Below, in pieces: positions 19,375 to 29,884 of a stretch of 64,000 bases of DNA. Source of the stretch: Candidatus Limnocylindrales bacterium (lineage in GTDB: Bacteria; Chloroflexota; Limnocylindria; Limnocylindrales; CSP1-4); assembly GCA_038245515.1 (NCBI GenBank), contig JBBRSJ010000017.1, positions 3,446 to 67,445 on the forward strand, read 5' to 3'. The first letter of the stretch is position 1. Every line of letters begins with the position of its first letter. The notes below the pieces were generated by a model. That model did not search any database. It worked only from the letters and a program-made list of their open reading frames with translations, and was not told the DNA's origin. The translations under genes and the position numbers were made by a program.

Positions 19375-20718
19375 ATGCCCCGTCTCTTCGGGACCGACGG
19401 GATCCGGGGAATCGCCAACATCGAGCTCAAGCCGACGCTTGCCTATGCCCTCGGCCGGGCGACGGCCCACCGGCTCGTCGGACTCGGTGGGCAGCTGGTC
19501 GTCGGACAGGACACCCGCCGGTCGGGCGACATGTTCGTGTCGGCGATCGCGGCGGGCGCGACCAGCCTCGGGGCAGACGTCCGGATCGCCGGTTGCGTCC
19601 CGACGCCAGCCCTCGCCTTCCTCGCCGGGACCGGCGATTTCGCGGCCGGGATCATGGTGTCGGCCTCCCATAACCCGGCCGACGACAATGGGCTCAAGGT
19701 GCTCGACAGCCAGGGACTGAAGCTCGACGACGGGATCGAGGAGGAGATCGAGCAGCTGATCTGGCGCTCCGAGGAGCTCGGCGCCGTCGGCAATGCCGAG
19801 ATCGGTCGAGCCGTCATGGACCCAGCCCTCATCGATCGCTACCTTCGCCACCGGCTTGGCCTGGCCGGCTCGATCCGGGCGGACGAGATCCGCATCGTCC
19901 TCGATTGCGCCAACGGCTCCGGCGGCGTCGTCGGCCCCGAGATCCTGGCCGCGACCGGGGCGACCGTCGAGGTCATCCACAACGATCCGGACGGGATCAA
20001 CATCAACGTGGCGTGCGGCGCGACCTCGCCGTGGTCCCTGGCCGCGGCCGTCCGGGAGCGCGGCGCCGACGTCGGGTTCGCGCTGGACGGCGACGCCGAC
20101 CGGCTGATCGCGGTCGACGCCTCGGGCGCGATCGTCGACGGCGACCAGGTCCTCGGCATCCTCGCCCTCGACCGGATCGAGCGGGGCGTGCTGCCCGAGG
20201 GCGCCCTCGTCGTGTCGGTTCTCTCGAACGGCGGGCTCCAGGCCGCAGTCGAGGCGGCCGGCGGCCAGGTGATCCGGACCCCGGTCGGCGACAAGTACAT
20301 CCTGGAAGGGATGCAGGTTTCAGGCGCCGGTCTCGGCGGCGAGAAGAGCGGCCACGTCATCGTGCTCGAGCACACGACGTCGGGCGACGGCATCGTGACA
20401 GCGCTCGAGGTCCTGCGGGTGATGACCCGGGCCGGCCGCGGTCTCGCCGATCTCGCGCAGCAGATCCCGATGCTGCCCCAGCAGCAGCGCGCGGTGAAGG
20501 CCCGCCACAAGGACCAGTGGGAAGGCGATCCGGCGATCCAGCGCGCGATCCGCGACGCCGAGGCCCGGCTCGCGGCGGACGGCGCGCGCGGCCGTGTCCT
20601 CGTCCGGCCATCCGGCACCGAGCCCGCGCTGCGGGTGATGGTCGAGGGCCCCGACGCGGATCTCGTCATCGAGCTCGCAGACGCGATCGCGGCCCTCGCG
20701 GGTGAGCGACTAAACTGA
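19375..20718 (+). CDS. glmM: Phosphoglucosamine mutase
   Basis: Starts MPRLFGTDGIRG and carries the SASHNPADDNGLK phosphoserine motif. Confidence 0.95.
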   Translation: MPRLFGTDGIRGIANIELKPTLAYALGRATAHRLVGLGGQLVVGQDTRRSGDMFVSAIAAGATSLGADVRIAGCVPTPALAFLAGTGDFAAGIMVSASHNPADDNGLKVLDSQGLKLDDGIEEEIEQLIWRSEELGAVGNAEIGRAVMDPALIDRYLRHRLGLAGSIRADEIRIVLDCANGSGGVVGPEILAATGATVEVIHNDPDGININVACGATSPWSLAAAVRERGADVGFALDGDADRLIAVDASGAIVDGDQVLGILALDRIERGVLPEGALVVSVLSNGGLQAAVEAAGGQVIRTPVGDKYILEGMQVSGAGLGGEKSGHVIVLEHTTSGDGIVTALEVLRVMTRAGRGLADLAQQIPMLPQQQRAVKARHKDQWEGDPAIQRAIRDAEARLAADGARGRVLVRPSGTEPALRVMVEGPDADLVIELADAIAALAGERLN

Positions 20719-20862
20719 GCGCGGCGCCGGAGCCCGGGCGGTGCCGGCGCCGAGCTGCCGTCGTCTGGCGGCGCGTCGCAGCGGAGCAGGCGCCACGACG
20801 GCGCCCGAAACACGGGCAAGGGCCCGGCGGTCGCTGCCGCAGGACGCGAGGAGTTCAGCGAC

Positions 20863-22695
<1,833 letters not shown>

Positions 22696-22708
22696 GGGCG
22701 TCATCGTC

Positions 22709-23320
22709 GTGCCTGCCGAGCCCGCCTCCGCTCCTCCCGTGGCTGCGCCGTCCGCCGCCGCGGCCGTTGCTGCGGCGCTCGGTGGGGCCGTCCCGGCCGG
22801 CACCACGGAGCTCGGAATCGACATCATCAAGGTGGACCGGATCCGAGCGTCGATCGCCCGCTTCGGCGAGCGCTTCTCGAAGCGGGTCCTGACGCTCAAC
22901 GAACAGCGCTACGTCCGGATGCGGCCCGAGACGTTCGCCGGCCGGTGGGCCGCCAAGGAGGCCGTGAGCAAGGTCCTCGGGCTCGGCGTCCGGGGCATCG
23001 GCTGGCGCGACATCGAGGTCGAACGGCTGCCGACCGGCCAGCCTTCGATCCGGCTTCACGGGCGGGCCGCCGCCCGCGCGGGGCAGCTCGGGATGGACCG
23101 GATCGCGGTCTCGATCACCCACGAGTCGGACTACGCGGTCGCGATCGCCTTCGGCGTGCGGACGACCGGCGGCCGCTACGTCTTCCCGCTCGACATCGAC
23201 GAGCGGCTCGACGATCGGGAGAAGCGCCTCCTGGCCCGGATGGAGCGATTGCGCAAACTGCACGAGGCGAACGCTGCGCTGGATGGGCCCCTCGACGCGG
23301 CGCCGGAGGATCGCGCGTGA
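22709..23320 (+). CDS. acpS: Holo-ACP synthase (4'-phosphopantetheinyl transferase) with Ala/Pro-rich N-terminus and helical C-terminal tail
   Basis: Core GIDIIKVDRI...FAGRWAAKEAVSKVLG...SITHESDYAVA. Start uncertain: GTG 22709 or GTG 22739. The earlier part of ORF 22592.. overlaps glmS. Confidence 0.85.
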   Translation: MPAEPASAPPVAAPSAAAAVAAALGGAVPAGTTELGIDIIKVDRIRASIARFGERFSKRVLTLNEQRYVRMRPETFAGRWAAKEAVSKVLGLGVRGIGWRDIEVERLPTGQPSIRLHGRAAARAGQLGMDRIAVSITHESDYAVAIAFGVRTTGGRYVFPLDIDERLDDREKRLLARMERLRKLHEANAALDGPLDAAPEDRA

Positions 23321-24441
23321 GCGGCCGTGGGTGGGTCGGCTTCGGCCGGCTCGACACCCAGCCCGACGCCGATCCGGCCGCCGAGCTGGCGCCGATCGCG
23401 GGCGCCGAGGTCCTCGACGACACGATCGCCTCGAGCCTCCTCCCTGAGCGGCCCAAGCGCGGTCATAAAGGCACGTTCGGGAAGGTCCTCGTCCTCGCCG
23501 GATCGCTCGACTACGCGGGCGCTGCGTTTCTCGTCTGCCGCGCGGCCGGCCGCGCCGGAGCCGGGCTCGTCACGCTCGCGGTGCCGGAGAGCCTCCAACC
23601 GCTGTTCGCCGCGAAGGTCGTCGAGGCCACGACAATGGCACTGCCGGAGGACGACGTCGAGGAGGTCGACCCCGAGGCCGCGCTGGCCCGGATCCTCGAT
23701 CACGACCACGATGCGATCGTCATCGGCCCGGGGATCCGGCCCGGTCTCGCGACCGCCGAGCTCGTGCGACTGCTCCTCGCAACCGGCGACGACGGCGCCG
23801 TCGCCCCGATCGTCCTCGACGCCGAGGCGCTTCGCGCGCTCGCGACGATGGAGTCGTGGTGGGAGGGCGATCGCCGGCCGGCGGTCCTGACGCCGCACAC
23901 CGGCGAGTTCGCCCGACTCCGGGCCGGCAGCGGCCGCGATCCGGAGGCCGACGGCGACCTCGAGGGGGACGACACCGCCCGGGCCACGGCCGCCAGCGAC
24001 GCGGCGAGGGCATGGGGCCAGGTCGTCGTCCTCAAGGGCGCGAAGACCGTGATCGCGGCGCCGGACGGACGGGTCGCGGTCGCCCCGTTCGAGAACCCGG
24101 CACTCGCGAGCGGAGGGACCGGCGATGTCCTGGCTGGCACCATCGGCTCGCTCCTCGCCCAGCATCTCGCGCCGTACGATGCCGCCCGGCTGGGCGTCTA
24201 CCTCCACGGCCTCGCCGGCGACACGGTGCGCGAGCGGATCGGCGACGCCGGCCTCCTCGCATCCGACCTCCCGGACCCCATCGCGCTCGCGCGCAAGCGC
24301 CTTGCCGGCGTCGCCGAGCGACGCAAGGCGGGCGGCCGCCTGGGCTTCGGCGTCCGGCCGCCCCGTTCGGACGAGTCCGCCCAGCCCGACGGCCCCGAGT
24401 CGCCCGGAATCGAGGCCGAGCCCGCGGCCGACGGCGGATGA
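23317..24441 (+). CDS. nnrD: ADP-dependent NAD(P)H-hydrate dehydratase (YjeF C-terminal type)
   Basis: The GTG at 23317 overlaps the acpS TGA. Contains GHKGTFGKVLVLAGS..YAGAA and LKGAKTVIA...GGTGDVLAG. Confidence 0.88.
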   Translation: MSGRGWVGFGRLDTQPDADPAAELAPIAGAEVLDDTIASSLLPERPKRGHKGTFGKVLVLAGSLDYAGAAFLVCRAAGRAGAGLVTLAVPESLQPLFAAKVVEATTMALPEDDVEEVDPEAALARILDHDHDAIVIGPGIRPGLATAELVRLLLATGDDGAVAPIVLDAEALRALATMESWWEGDRRPAVLTPHTGEFARLRAGSGRDPEADGDLEGDDTARATAASDAARAWGQVVVLKGAKTVIAAPDGRVAVAPFENPALASGGTGDVLAGTIGSLLAQHLAPYDAARLGVYLHGLAGDTVRERIGDAGLLASDLPDPIALARKRLAGVAERRKAGGRLGFGVRPPRSDESAQPDGPESPGIEAEPAADGG

Positions 24442-25757
24442 GGGTGGTCGGCGAGCCGACGACGCCGATCGAGACGCGCCTGGCCCGGGCCGGCCTAGCG
24501 CCCCTCCGACGGACGGCCTGGATCGAGATCGACACCGCCGCCCTGGCCTCGAACATCGCCGTGCTGCGGAGGCTGGCCGGTGAGGGCGTCGCGATCCTGC
24601 CGGTCGTCAAGGCGGATGCCTATGGCCACGGCATGCTCCCGGTCGCCCGCGTCCTGGCCGCCGCCCGTGTCGACGGGTTGTGCGTCGCGACGTTCGACGA
24701 GGCCGTTGTCCTCGCGGACGCCGATCTCGCCGTGCCGATCCTCGTCATGTACCCGGTCCCGCCGGACGAGGCCGCCGAGGCCGCACGGCGCGGCATCGCG
24801 GTCGCGGGCGGCGCTCCGAGCGGCCTCGACGACGTCCTTGCGGCCGCGAGCGCGGCTGGGGTCGTCGATCGCCTCTCGATCGAGCTCGAGATCGAGACCG
24901 GGCTCGGGCGCGGCGGCGTGCCACCCGAGGGCGCGGTCGACGCCGCCCGCCGGATTCTCGCGGCCGGCGCCGCGATCGGCGGCGTGTGGTCGCACCTCCA
25001 GGAGGCAGAGGTCGTCGACATCACCACCGCCCAGGTCGCGCGCTTCGAGGATGCTCTCGGGCGTCTCGACGCGGCCGCGATCGCCATCCCACGCCGGCAC
25101 CTTGCCGCGAGCGCTGGGATCCTGCTCGGGCGCGTGCCCCGCTACGATGCGGTCCGGCCCGGCCTGGCGACCTATGGCCTGATCCCCGACGAGCTGGCCG
25201 CGGCCGGGCTCGGCTTCGAGCTGCTCCCGATGGCCGCCCGCGAGCTCCGGCCCGTCCTGTCGCTGCGTGCCCGTCCCGTCCGCGTCGCCGAGCTCGCGAC
25301 CGGCCACGGCGTCTCGTACGGGCCGACGTGGCGGGCAGCCCGGCCGAGCCGGATCGCGACCCTCCCGCTCGGGTATGGGGACGGTTGGCCGCGATCCCTG
25401 TCGAACAAGGCCGAAGTCCTCGTCCGCGGCGGGCGCGTCCCGGTCGTTGGCAACGTCGCGATGGATGCGACGATGATCGACGTCACTGACGTGCCGGGAC
25501 CGCCGGTCGACCTCGCCGATGAGGTCGTCCTCATCGGCCGCCAGGGCGACGCGGAGATTGCGGCCGGGGAGGTGGCGCAATGGCGCACCACGAACTCGTG
25601 GGAGGTCGTGACCGCGATGTCCGCCCGATTGGCCCGGGTGTACGATGCGCCGGCCGGTCCCGCCGGTGTGCGTCTGCCGGCCCAGCTGGAGGACCCTTGG
25701 CCCGGATCGAGCTCTGGAACGGCGATATCTGCGATCTCGAGGTCGACGCGATCGTGA
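24438..25757 (+). CDS. alr: Alanine racemase (with ~40-aa C-terminal tail)
   Basis: The ATG at 24438 overlaps the nnrD stop. PLP-lysine motif VVKADAYGHG. The conserved end ...ARLARVY is followed by an extra tail. Confidence 0.92.
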   Translation: MRVVGEPTTPIETRLARAGLAPLRRTAWIEIDTAALASNIAVLRRLAGEGVAILPVVKADAYGHGMLPVARVLAAARVDGLCVATFDEAVVLADADLAVPILVMYPVPPDEAAEAARRGIAVAGGAPSGLDDVLAAASAAGVVDRLSIELEIETGLGRGGVPPEGAVDAARRILAAGAAIGGVWSHLQEAEVVDITTAQVARFEDALGRLDAAAIAIPRRHLAASAGILLGRVPRYDAVRPGLATYGLIPDELAAAGLGFELLPMAARELRPVLSLRARPVRVAELATGHGVSYGPTWRAARPSRIATLPLGYGDGWPRSLSNKAEVLVRGGRVPVVGNVAMDATMIDVTDVPGPPVDLADEVVLIGRQGDAEIAAGEVAQWRTTNSWEVVTAMSARLARVYDAPAGPAGVRLPAQLEDPWPGSSSGTAISAISRSTRS

Positions 25758-26272
25758 ACGCCGCAAACCTCTCGCTCTGGATGTCCACGGGTGTGTCCGG
25801 TGAGATCAAGCGTGCCGGCGGCGACGAGATCGAGTTCGCCGCGGTGCGACAGGCGCCGGTCCCGCTCGGCGAGGCGATCGTGACGCCGGCCGGCCGGCTG
25901 GCCGCCAAGATCGTGATCCACGCCGTCTCGCTCGATCGCGACAGGCGAACCAGCGCGGAGGTCATCGATCGAGCGGTTCGGAGCGCCATGGCCCGAGCCC
26001 GGGAGCTGCGCGTCGGGAGCATGGCGTTCCCGGCGATGGGCACCGGGGTCGGTGGGTTCCCGCTCGACGAGGCTGCCACGGTGACGGTCCATGCGGTTCG
26101 CGACGAGCTGCCGCGGTCGCCGACGATCGAGCACGTGACGTTCGCGATGCGCGGCGCGGCCGCCTACCAGGCGTTCGAGGCGGCCCTCGCGGCCGCGACG
26201 GACGCTCCCCCAACGGCAGATTCCAGCGCGAGGGTCGCGGGCGCTCGCTCGAAGGGGCAGGTCCGCGCGTGA
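25697..26272 (+). CDS. Macro domain protein (ADP-ribose / O-acetyl-ADP-ribose binding or hydrolase family)
   Basis: GDICDLEVDAIVNAANLSL...GVSGEIKRAGG...AMGTGVGGFP. The TTG at 25697 is taken as the start and overlaps alr by 61 nt. The only alternative in-frame start is ATG 25580. Confidence 0.82.
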   Translation: MARIELWNGDICDLEVDAIVNAANLSLWMSTGVSGEIKRAGGDEIEFAAVRQAPVPLGEAIVTPAGRLAAKIVIHAVSLDRDRRTSAEVIDRAVRSAMARARELRVGSMAFPAMGTGVGGFPLDEAATVTVHAVRDELPRSPTIEHVTFAMRGAAAYQAFEAALAAATDAPPTADSSARVAGARSKGQVRA

Positions 26273-26559
26273 GCATGCCGTATGGCCGGACCGAGGAGCA
26301 GCGCGACGAGCTCGTCGAGCGGGTCGCGCGGGAGATCCAGCTCCGGGGCCTGACCGGGCCGGCCGTGCATTTCCTGGAGGCCAGCCGCCCGTACCGGCCG
26401 CTCGGCGCGAACGCGATGCTGTTCTTCGACCCGGTGCTGCGCGGGCTGTTCGGCGGTGAGGACGCGTCGGCGTCGGAGATCCTCGCCGACGAGACCGGGA
26501 TCGAGCTGCTGATCGCCCGGCTCGAGGAGATCGACGAAGAGATCACGTGGGACGCCTGA
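26269..26559 (+). CDS. Hypothetical 96-aa acidic helical protein
   Basis: The ORF's GTG overlaps the macro-gene TGA (GTGA). No motif recognised. Confidence 0.55.
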   Translation: MSMPYGRTEEQRDELVERVAREIQLRGLTGPAVHFLEASRPYRPLGANAMLFFDPVLRGLFGGEDASASEILADETGIELLIARLEEIDEEITWDA

Positions 26560-26642
26560 CGGTCGACGCCCTCCGCTGATTGCCGCGGGCCCCCCGAACG
26601 CCGAGCTGATCGCGCGCGGCGCCCGGGGCGCGCGTTCGCGGG

Positions 26643-26648
26643 TAGCAT
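26643..26648 (+). promoter_or_regulatory. -10-like TAGCAT, 6 nt upstream of GTG 26655 (leaderless-type)
   Basis: The sequence reads TAGCAT-GAAGTC-GTG, the same hexamer and spacing as at argF. Confidence 0.5.
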
Positions 26649-26654
26649 GAAGTC

Positions 26655-28289
26655 GTGACCTCCGAACCGCGAGCCTTCCTGGCCCTCGACCATGGTGCGG
26701 CCACCACCTCGGTTGCCCTGATCGGGCGGCTCGCCCATCGCTGGCGCCTCATCGGCTCGCTCGCACTGCCGTCGGCCGCCGAGCCCGACGCGATCGCGAC
26801 CGAGCTGATCCGCCGGGTGGCGGCCGCGGACCCCGGGCTCGCGACATCGATCGGCCTCGTCGACGACGACAGCGCGACACATCCGGCCCGGCTGGCGGCG
26901 AGTCTGCCGCGTCTGACCGCGCGGAGCGCGCCGCCCCGCACGATCCTCGTCGTGGCCTCCTCTGAGCGCGCCCTGGGACCCCTCGCGGACGCAGCCCGCA
27001 AGACCGGCTGGCGGACGCGCGAGGCGTCGCTCGACGGCACCGACGCGCTCCCCCTGACGGCTCGCCTGCTCGACCCCGCGGTCAACGTTCTCCTCGTCGG
27101 CGCCGGCGACCCACCCGGCGCGGACGAGCGGGCCCACCTCGAGGAGCTCGGGGTGATCGTGGGCGGTGCCGTCACGCGTCGCCCGGAGCTGACGGTGGTG
27201 CTGGCCGGGGCGATGGCCGATCAGCTCGAGCGGCTTGAGGCGACCCTCGGGGATCGGCCGGGCGAGCTCCTGCTCGGCCCGGCCGCGAATGCCGGAACGC
27301 CGCCGGGGTCGGCGCTCTGCGGGCTGCTCGACGAGGTCCGGGGCGGACCGGACGATCCACGTCGCGCGGCGGGCCGCGCCGTCGGCGCCCTCGCCGACGT
27401 TTTGGACCGGCGGATCGAGCTGATCGAGATCGGGTTCGACGGAGGGCTGCGCGCGACCGCTTCGCCGGGCACCAACGGCAACGACGCCACCGCGACCGTA
27501 TCGATCGTCGCCGACGCCTGCCTCGTGCCGCCGGATCCGGGCGACGCCGTCGTGGATCGCGTGGCGGCGTGGTCGACGATGCCGCTCGACCGGCATCGCC
27601 TCCGGGATCGCCTCCGGGAGCTCCGGCTGTGGCCGTGGTCGGGGATCGCGGGGGATGGCGCGCGCCTCCGCCTTGCTGCCGCGCGAGCCGCGTTGACCGT
27701 CCTCATCGAGGCGACGCCGGATCAGTCGGCCCTGCCTGCGCCGGATCTCGTGATCGTCGCCGGTGGTGCGTTCGCCGTGGCGCCGGGCCCGGCCGTTGCA
27801 CTGGCCGTCGCCGATGTCCTGCGCCGGCCGGCCGCGGTTGCGATCGCCCAGGACCATGCCCGCCTGCTCGGCGCGATCGGCGTGATCCCCGACGCGAGCG
27901 AGCGTCGCCAGGCCCTGATCGACCTCGTCGACGACATCCTGACGCCGCTTGGCAGCGTGGTGATCCCGGGCGGCATCCGGGCCGGCGCAAGCGCGGGCCA
28001 CATGACCGTGCACGCTGGAACCGGCTCGAGCCAGTCCGATCTCGTCCCCGGCGGACTGGAGGTCGTCGATCTGCCGCCGGGCGAGACCGCGACCGCCGAA
28101 TTCCACTTCCGCGACGCCGTCCGGCTCGGCGCGCGCGGCCGGCGCTTCGCGATCGACGTGTCAGGTGGCCTCGGCGGGCTGCTCGTCGACCTGCGCGACG
28201 TGCCGCTCCGGCTGCCCGATCGGATGGACCGTCGGCGCGAGCTCCTCGAGGCGTGGCAGGAGTCGCTGTGGCAGACGCGCGACCGATGA
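26655..28289 (+). CDS. Actin-fold (ASKHA) protein resembling the GlmL/MutL family, nucleotide-binding motifs degenerate; function unknown
   Basis: 544 aa. Its layout parallels GlmL: FLALDHGAATTSVALIG (phosphate-1-like), LLVGAGDPPGAD, IEIGFDGGLRATAS (in place of DxGGATTD) and VIVAGGAF. Confidence 0.6.
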   Translation: MTSEPRAFLALDHGAATTSVALIGRLAHRWRLIGSLALPSAAEPDAIATELIRRVAAADPGLATSIGLVDDDSATHPARLAASLPRLTARSAPPRTILVVASSERALGPLADAARKTGWRTREASLDGTDALPLTARLLDPAVNVLLVGAGDPPGADERAHLEELGVIVGGAVTRRPELTVVLAGAMADQLERLEATLGDRPGELLLGPAANAGTPPGSALCGLLDEVRGGPDDPRRAAGRAVGALADVLDRRIELIEIGFDGGLRATASPGTNGNDATATVSIVADACLVPPDPGDAVVDRVAAWSTMPLDRHRLRDRLRELRLWPWSGIAGDGARLRLAAARAALTVLIEATPDQSALPAPDLVIVAGGAFAVAPGPAVALAVADVLRRPAAVAIAQDHARLLGAIGVIPDASERRQALIDLVDDILTPLGSVVIPGGIRAGASAGHMTVHAGTGSSQSDLVPGGLEVVDLPPGETATAEFHFRDAVRLGARGRRFAIDVSGGLGGLLVDLRDVPLRLPDRMDRRRELLEAWQESLWQTRDR

Positions 28290-29377
28290 CAACCGAGACA
28301 CGCCGCGCCGCGCATGGCCGTCGCGCCAGCGGAGGCTCGCATGAGAGCGTCGATGCGACGACCGGGCTCGACCTCGTCGCCCGTCGCTCGCTGGTCAGCG
28401 GCCCGATCGAGGTCCGGTTCCCGCTCGCGGCGGGCGATCGCGCGATCGTCGTCGCCGGCGATGCCATCGTCGCCGGAACGACGATCGCGGAGCGACTCCG
28501 CGACGCTCGGGTCGTCGAGCTCGACGCGAGCGCAGCGCCGGACGACGCGCGGCCGGGCGATCGCTGGGCCAGTTCCGGCCAACCCGGCGTCCGCCTGCGT
28601 CGGGGTGGCGCGGCCCAGGAAGGCGAGCTGCTTTTCGAGCATCGCGGGCGCTGGTCGCTCGCGGCGGGCGAGCACCACGAGGCGGTCGAATGCCCGCTTG
28701 CCGGAGTCGTCCGCGACGTTCGTCCAGGGATCGACATCCGGGTCCGCGCCCAGGGCCGCGCCATCCACGGGGTCGAGGCGCTGGGCGACCCGACGAGTGG
28801 CCGGCTCTCACTCGGCAGCGACCGCGGCGAGCCTCGCCACGGCGGGCGGCTGCGCTCGACGTCGCTGGACGTCGGGCTGGCAGGAACGATCCTCTTGATC
28901 GGCTCGCGGGTCGACGCGGAGGCGCTCACCCGCGCGCGCGCCATGGGCGTCAGAGGGGTCGTGGTGAGCGGGCTCGCCGGCAAGGAGCGGCGCGACTTCC
29001 TGGCGTCGGAGGCCCGTCAGCGCGCGGCTCTCCACAAACGTCCGCCGTTCGCCGTGCTCGTCCTCGACGGCGCGCTTCGCCGCCCGATCGCGGGTCCGCT
29101 CGCTGCCGTCCTCGAGGATCTTGCCGGGTCGGCGGTCGCGATCTCGATCGATCCGCCGGCGCTCGTGTTCGACGAGCCCGGTCTGGAGGTGCTCGGGCCG
29201 CCGCCGGGCCACGTCCGGGTCCGCTCGGGCGAGCACGCCGGCGAGGAAGGCCGCTGGGCCGGGCCGGCCGGCGTGCGCCGGTTCGGAGGCGGGACCTTCC
29301 TCGAGGCGGGCTGGGTCCAGCTCGGCGACGGTGCGCCCCTGGCGATCCCGATCGCCGACCTCGAGCGGTACGCCTGA
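28286..29377 (+). CDS. Hypothetical 363-aa beta-rich protein (barrel-hybrid-like N-terminus, KOW-like C-terminus)
   Basis: The ATG at 28286 overlaps the stop of the 544-aa gene (ATGA). Segments VVAGDAIVAGTTIAE and GHVRVRSGEHAGEEGRW. No family recognised. Confidence 0.6.
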   Translation: MTTETRRAAHGRRASGGSHESVDATTGLDLVARRSLVSGPIEVRFPLAAGDRAIVVAGDAIVAGTTIAERLRDARVVELDASAAPDDARPGDRWASSGQPGVRLRRGGAAQEGELLFEHRGRWSLAAGEHHEAVECPLAGVVRDVRPGIDIRVRAQGRAIHGVEALGDPTSGRLSLGSDRGEPRHGGRLRSTSLDVGLAGTILLIGSRVDAEALTRARAMGVRGVVVSGLAGKERRDFLASEARQRAALHKRPPFAVLVLDGALRRPIAGPLAAVLEDLAGSAVAISIDPPALVFDEPGLEVLGPPPGHVRVRSGEHAGEEGRWAGPAGVRRFGGGTFLEAGWVQLGDGAPLAIPIADLERYA

Positions 29378-29413
29378 CGATGACGATGCCGGTTCGCCGG
29401 CGGGACGCCTGAC

Positions 29414-29884
29414 ATGCCCGCCGCCGATCTCCGGGCCCGGCTCCGGAGCGCGTCGGTCGAGTCGACGCTCGCCCTCGGCGAGCGCCTCGGCCAGGTGGCC
29501 GCGCCCGGCGACCTTGTCTGCCTGTGGGGCGAGCTCGGGGCCGGCAAGACCCAGGTCGCCAAGGGCATCGCCCGGGGCCTCGGAATCGACGACACCGTCA
29601 ACTCGCCGACCTTCATCCTGATGAACGAGTACGCCGGGCGGATCCCGCTGTTCCACGTCGACCTCTACCGGCTCGCCGACGCGGCCGATGCGCTGGCGGG
29701 CGGAGTCGTCGACGACCGCCAGGCGGATGGGCTGACGGTCGTCGAATGGCCGGAGCGGATGGCTGCGATGCTCCCGGCGGGACGGCTCGACATCCGGATC
29801 GACGGGACGGGCGACGAGCCGCGCGAGATCGAGGTCGCGGCGACCGAGCCGGCCTACGGACGCTACGTCGAGGCCGTCCGATGA
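29414..29884 (+). CDS. tsaE: tRNA t6A37 biosynthesis ATPase TsaE
   Basis: WGELGAGKT P-loop, SPTF motif, and EW near the C-terminus. Confidence 0.9.
   Translation: MPAADLRARLRSASVESTLALGERLGQVAAPGDLVCLWGELGAGKTQVAKGIARGLGIDDTVNSPTFILMNEYAGRIPLFHVDLYRLADAADALAGGVVDDRQADGLTVVEWPERMAAMLPAGRLDIRIDGTGDEPREIEVAATEPAYGRYVEAVR

Noticed and set aside
20719-20862. Possible glmS ribozyme in the glmM-glmS spacer. It begins A-GCGC right after the glmM TGA and contains GGACGCGAGGAG.
   Set aside because: The spacer is shorter than typical ribozymes. The GACGAGG-like string abuts the start codon, where it is better explained as the Shine-Dalgarno site. I could not find the P3/P4 elements (UUAUCGA..UUUCGGCGGAUG). 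A cmsearch with RF00234 is needed to be certain.
25697-26559. Macro-domain gene plus small downstream ORF as a DarTG-like toxin-antitoxin pair.
   Set aside because: DarG-type antitoxins pair with a DarT ADP-ribosyltransferase of ~200 aa. The coupled ORF here is a 96-aa acidic helical protein without any ART-like motif. The macro domain looks like the ordinary stand-alone YmdB/Af1521 type.
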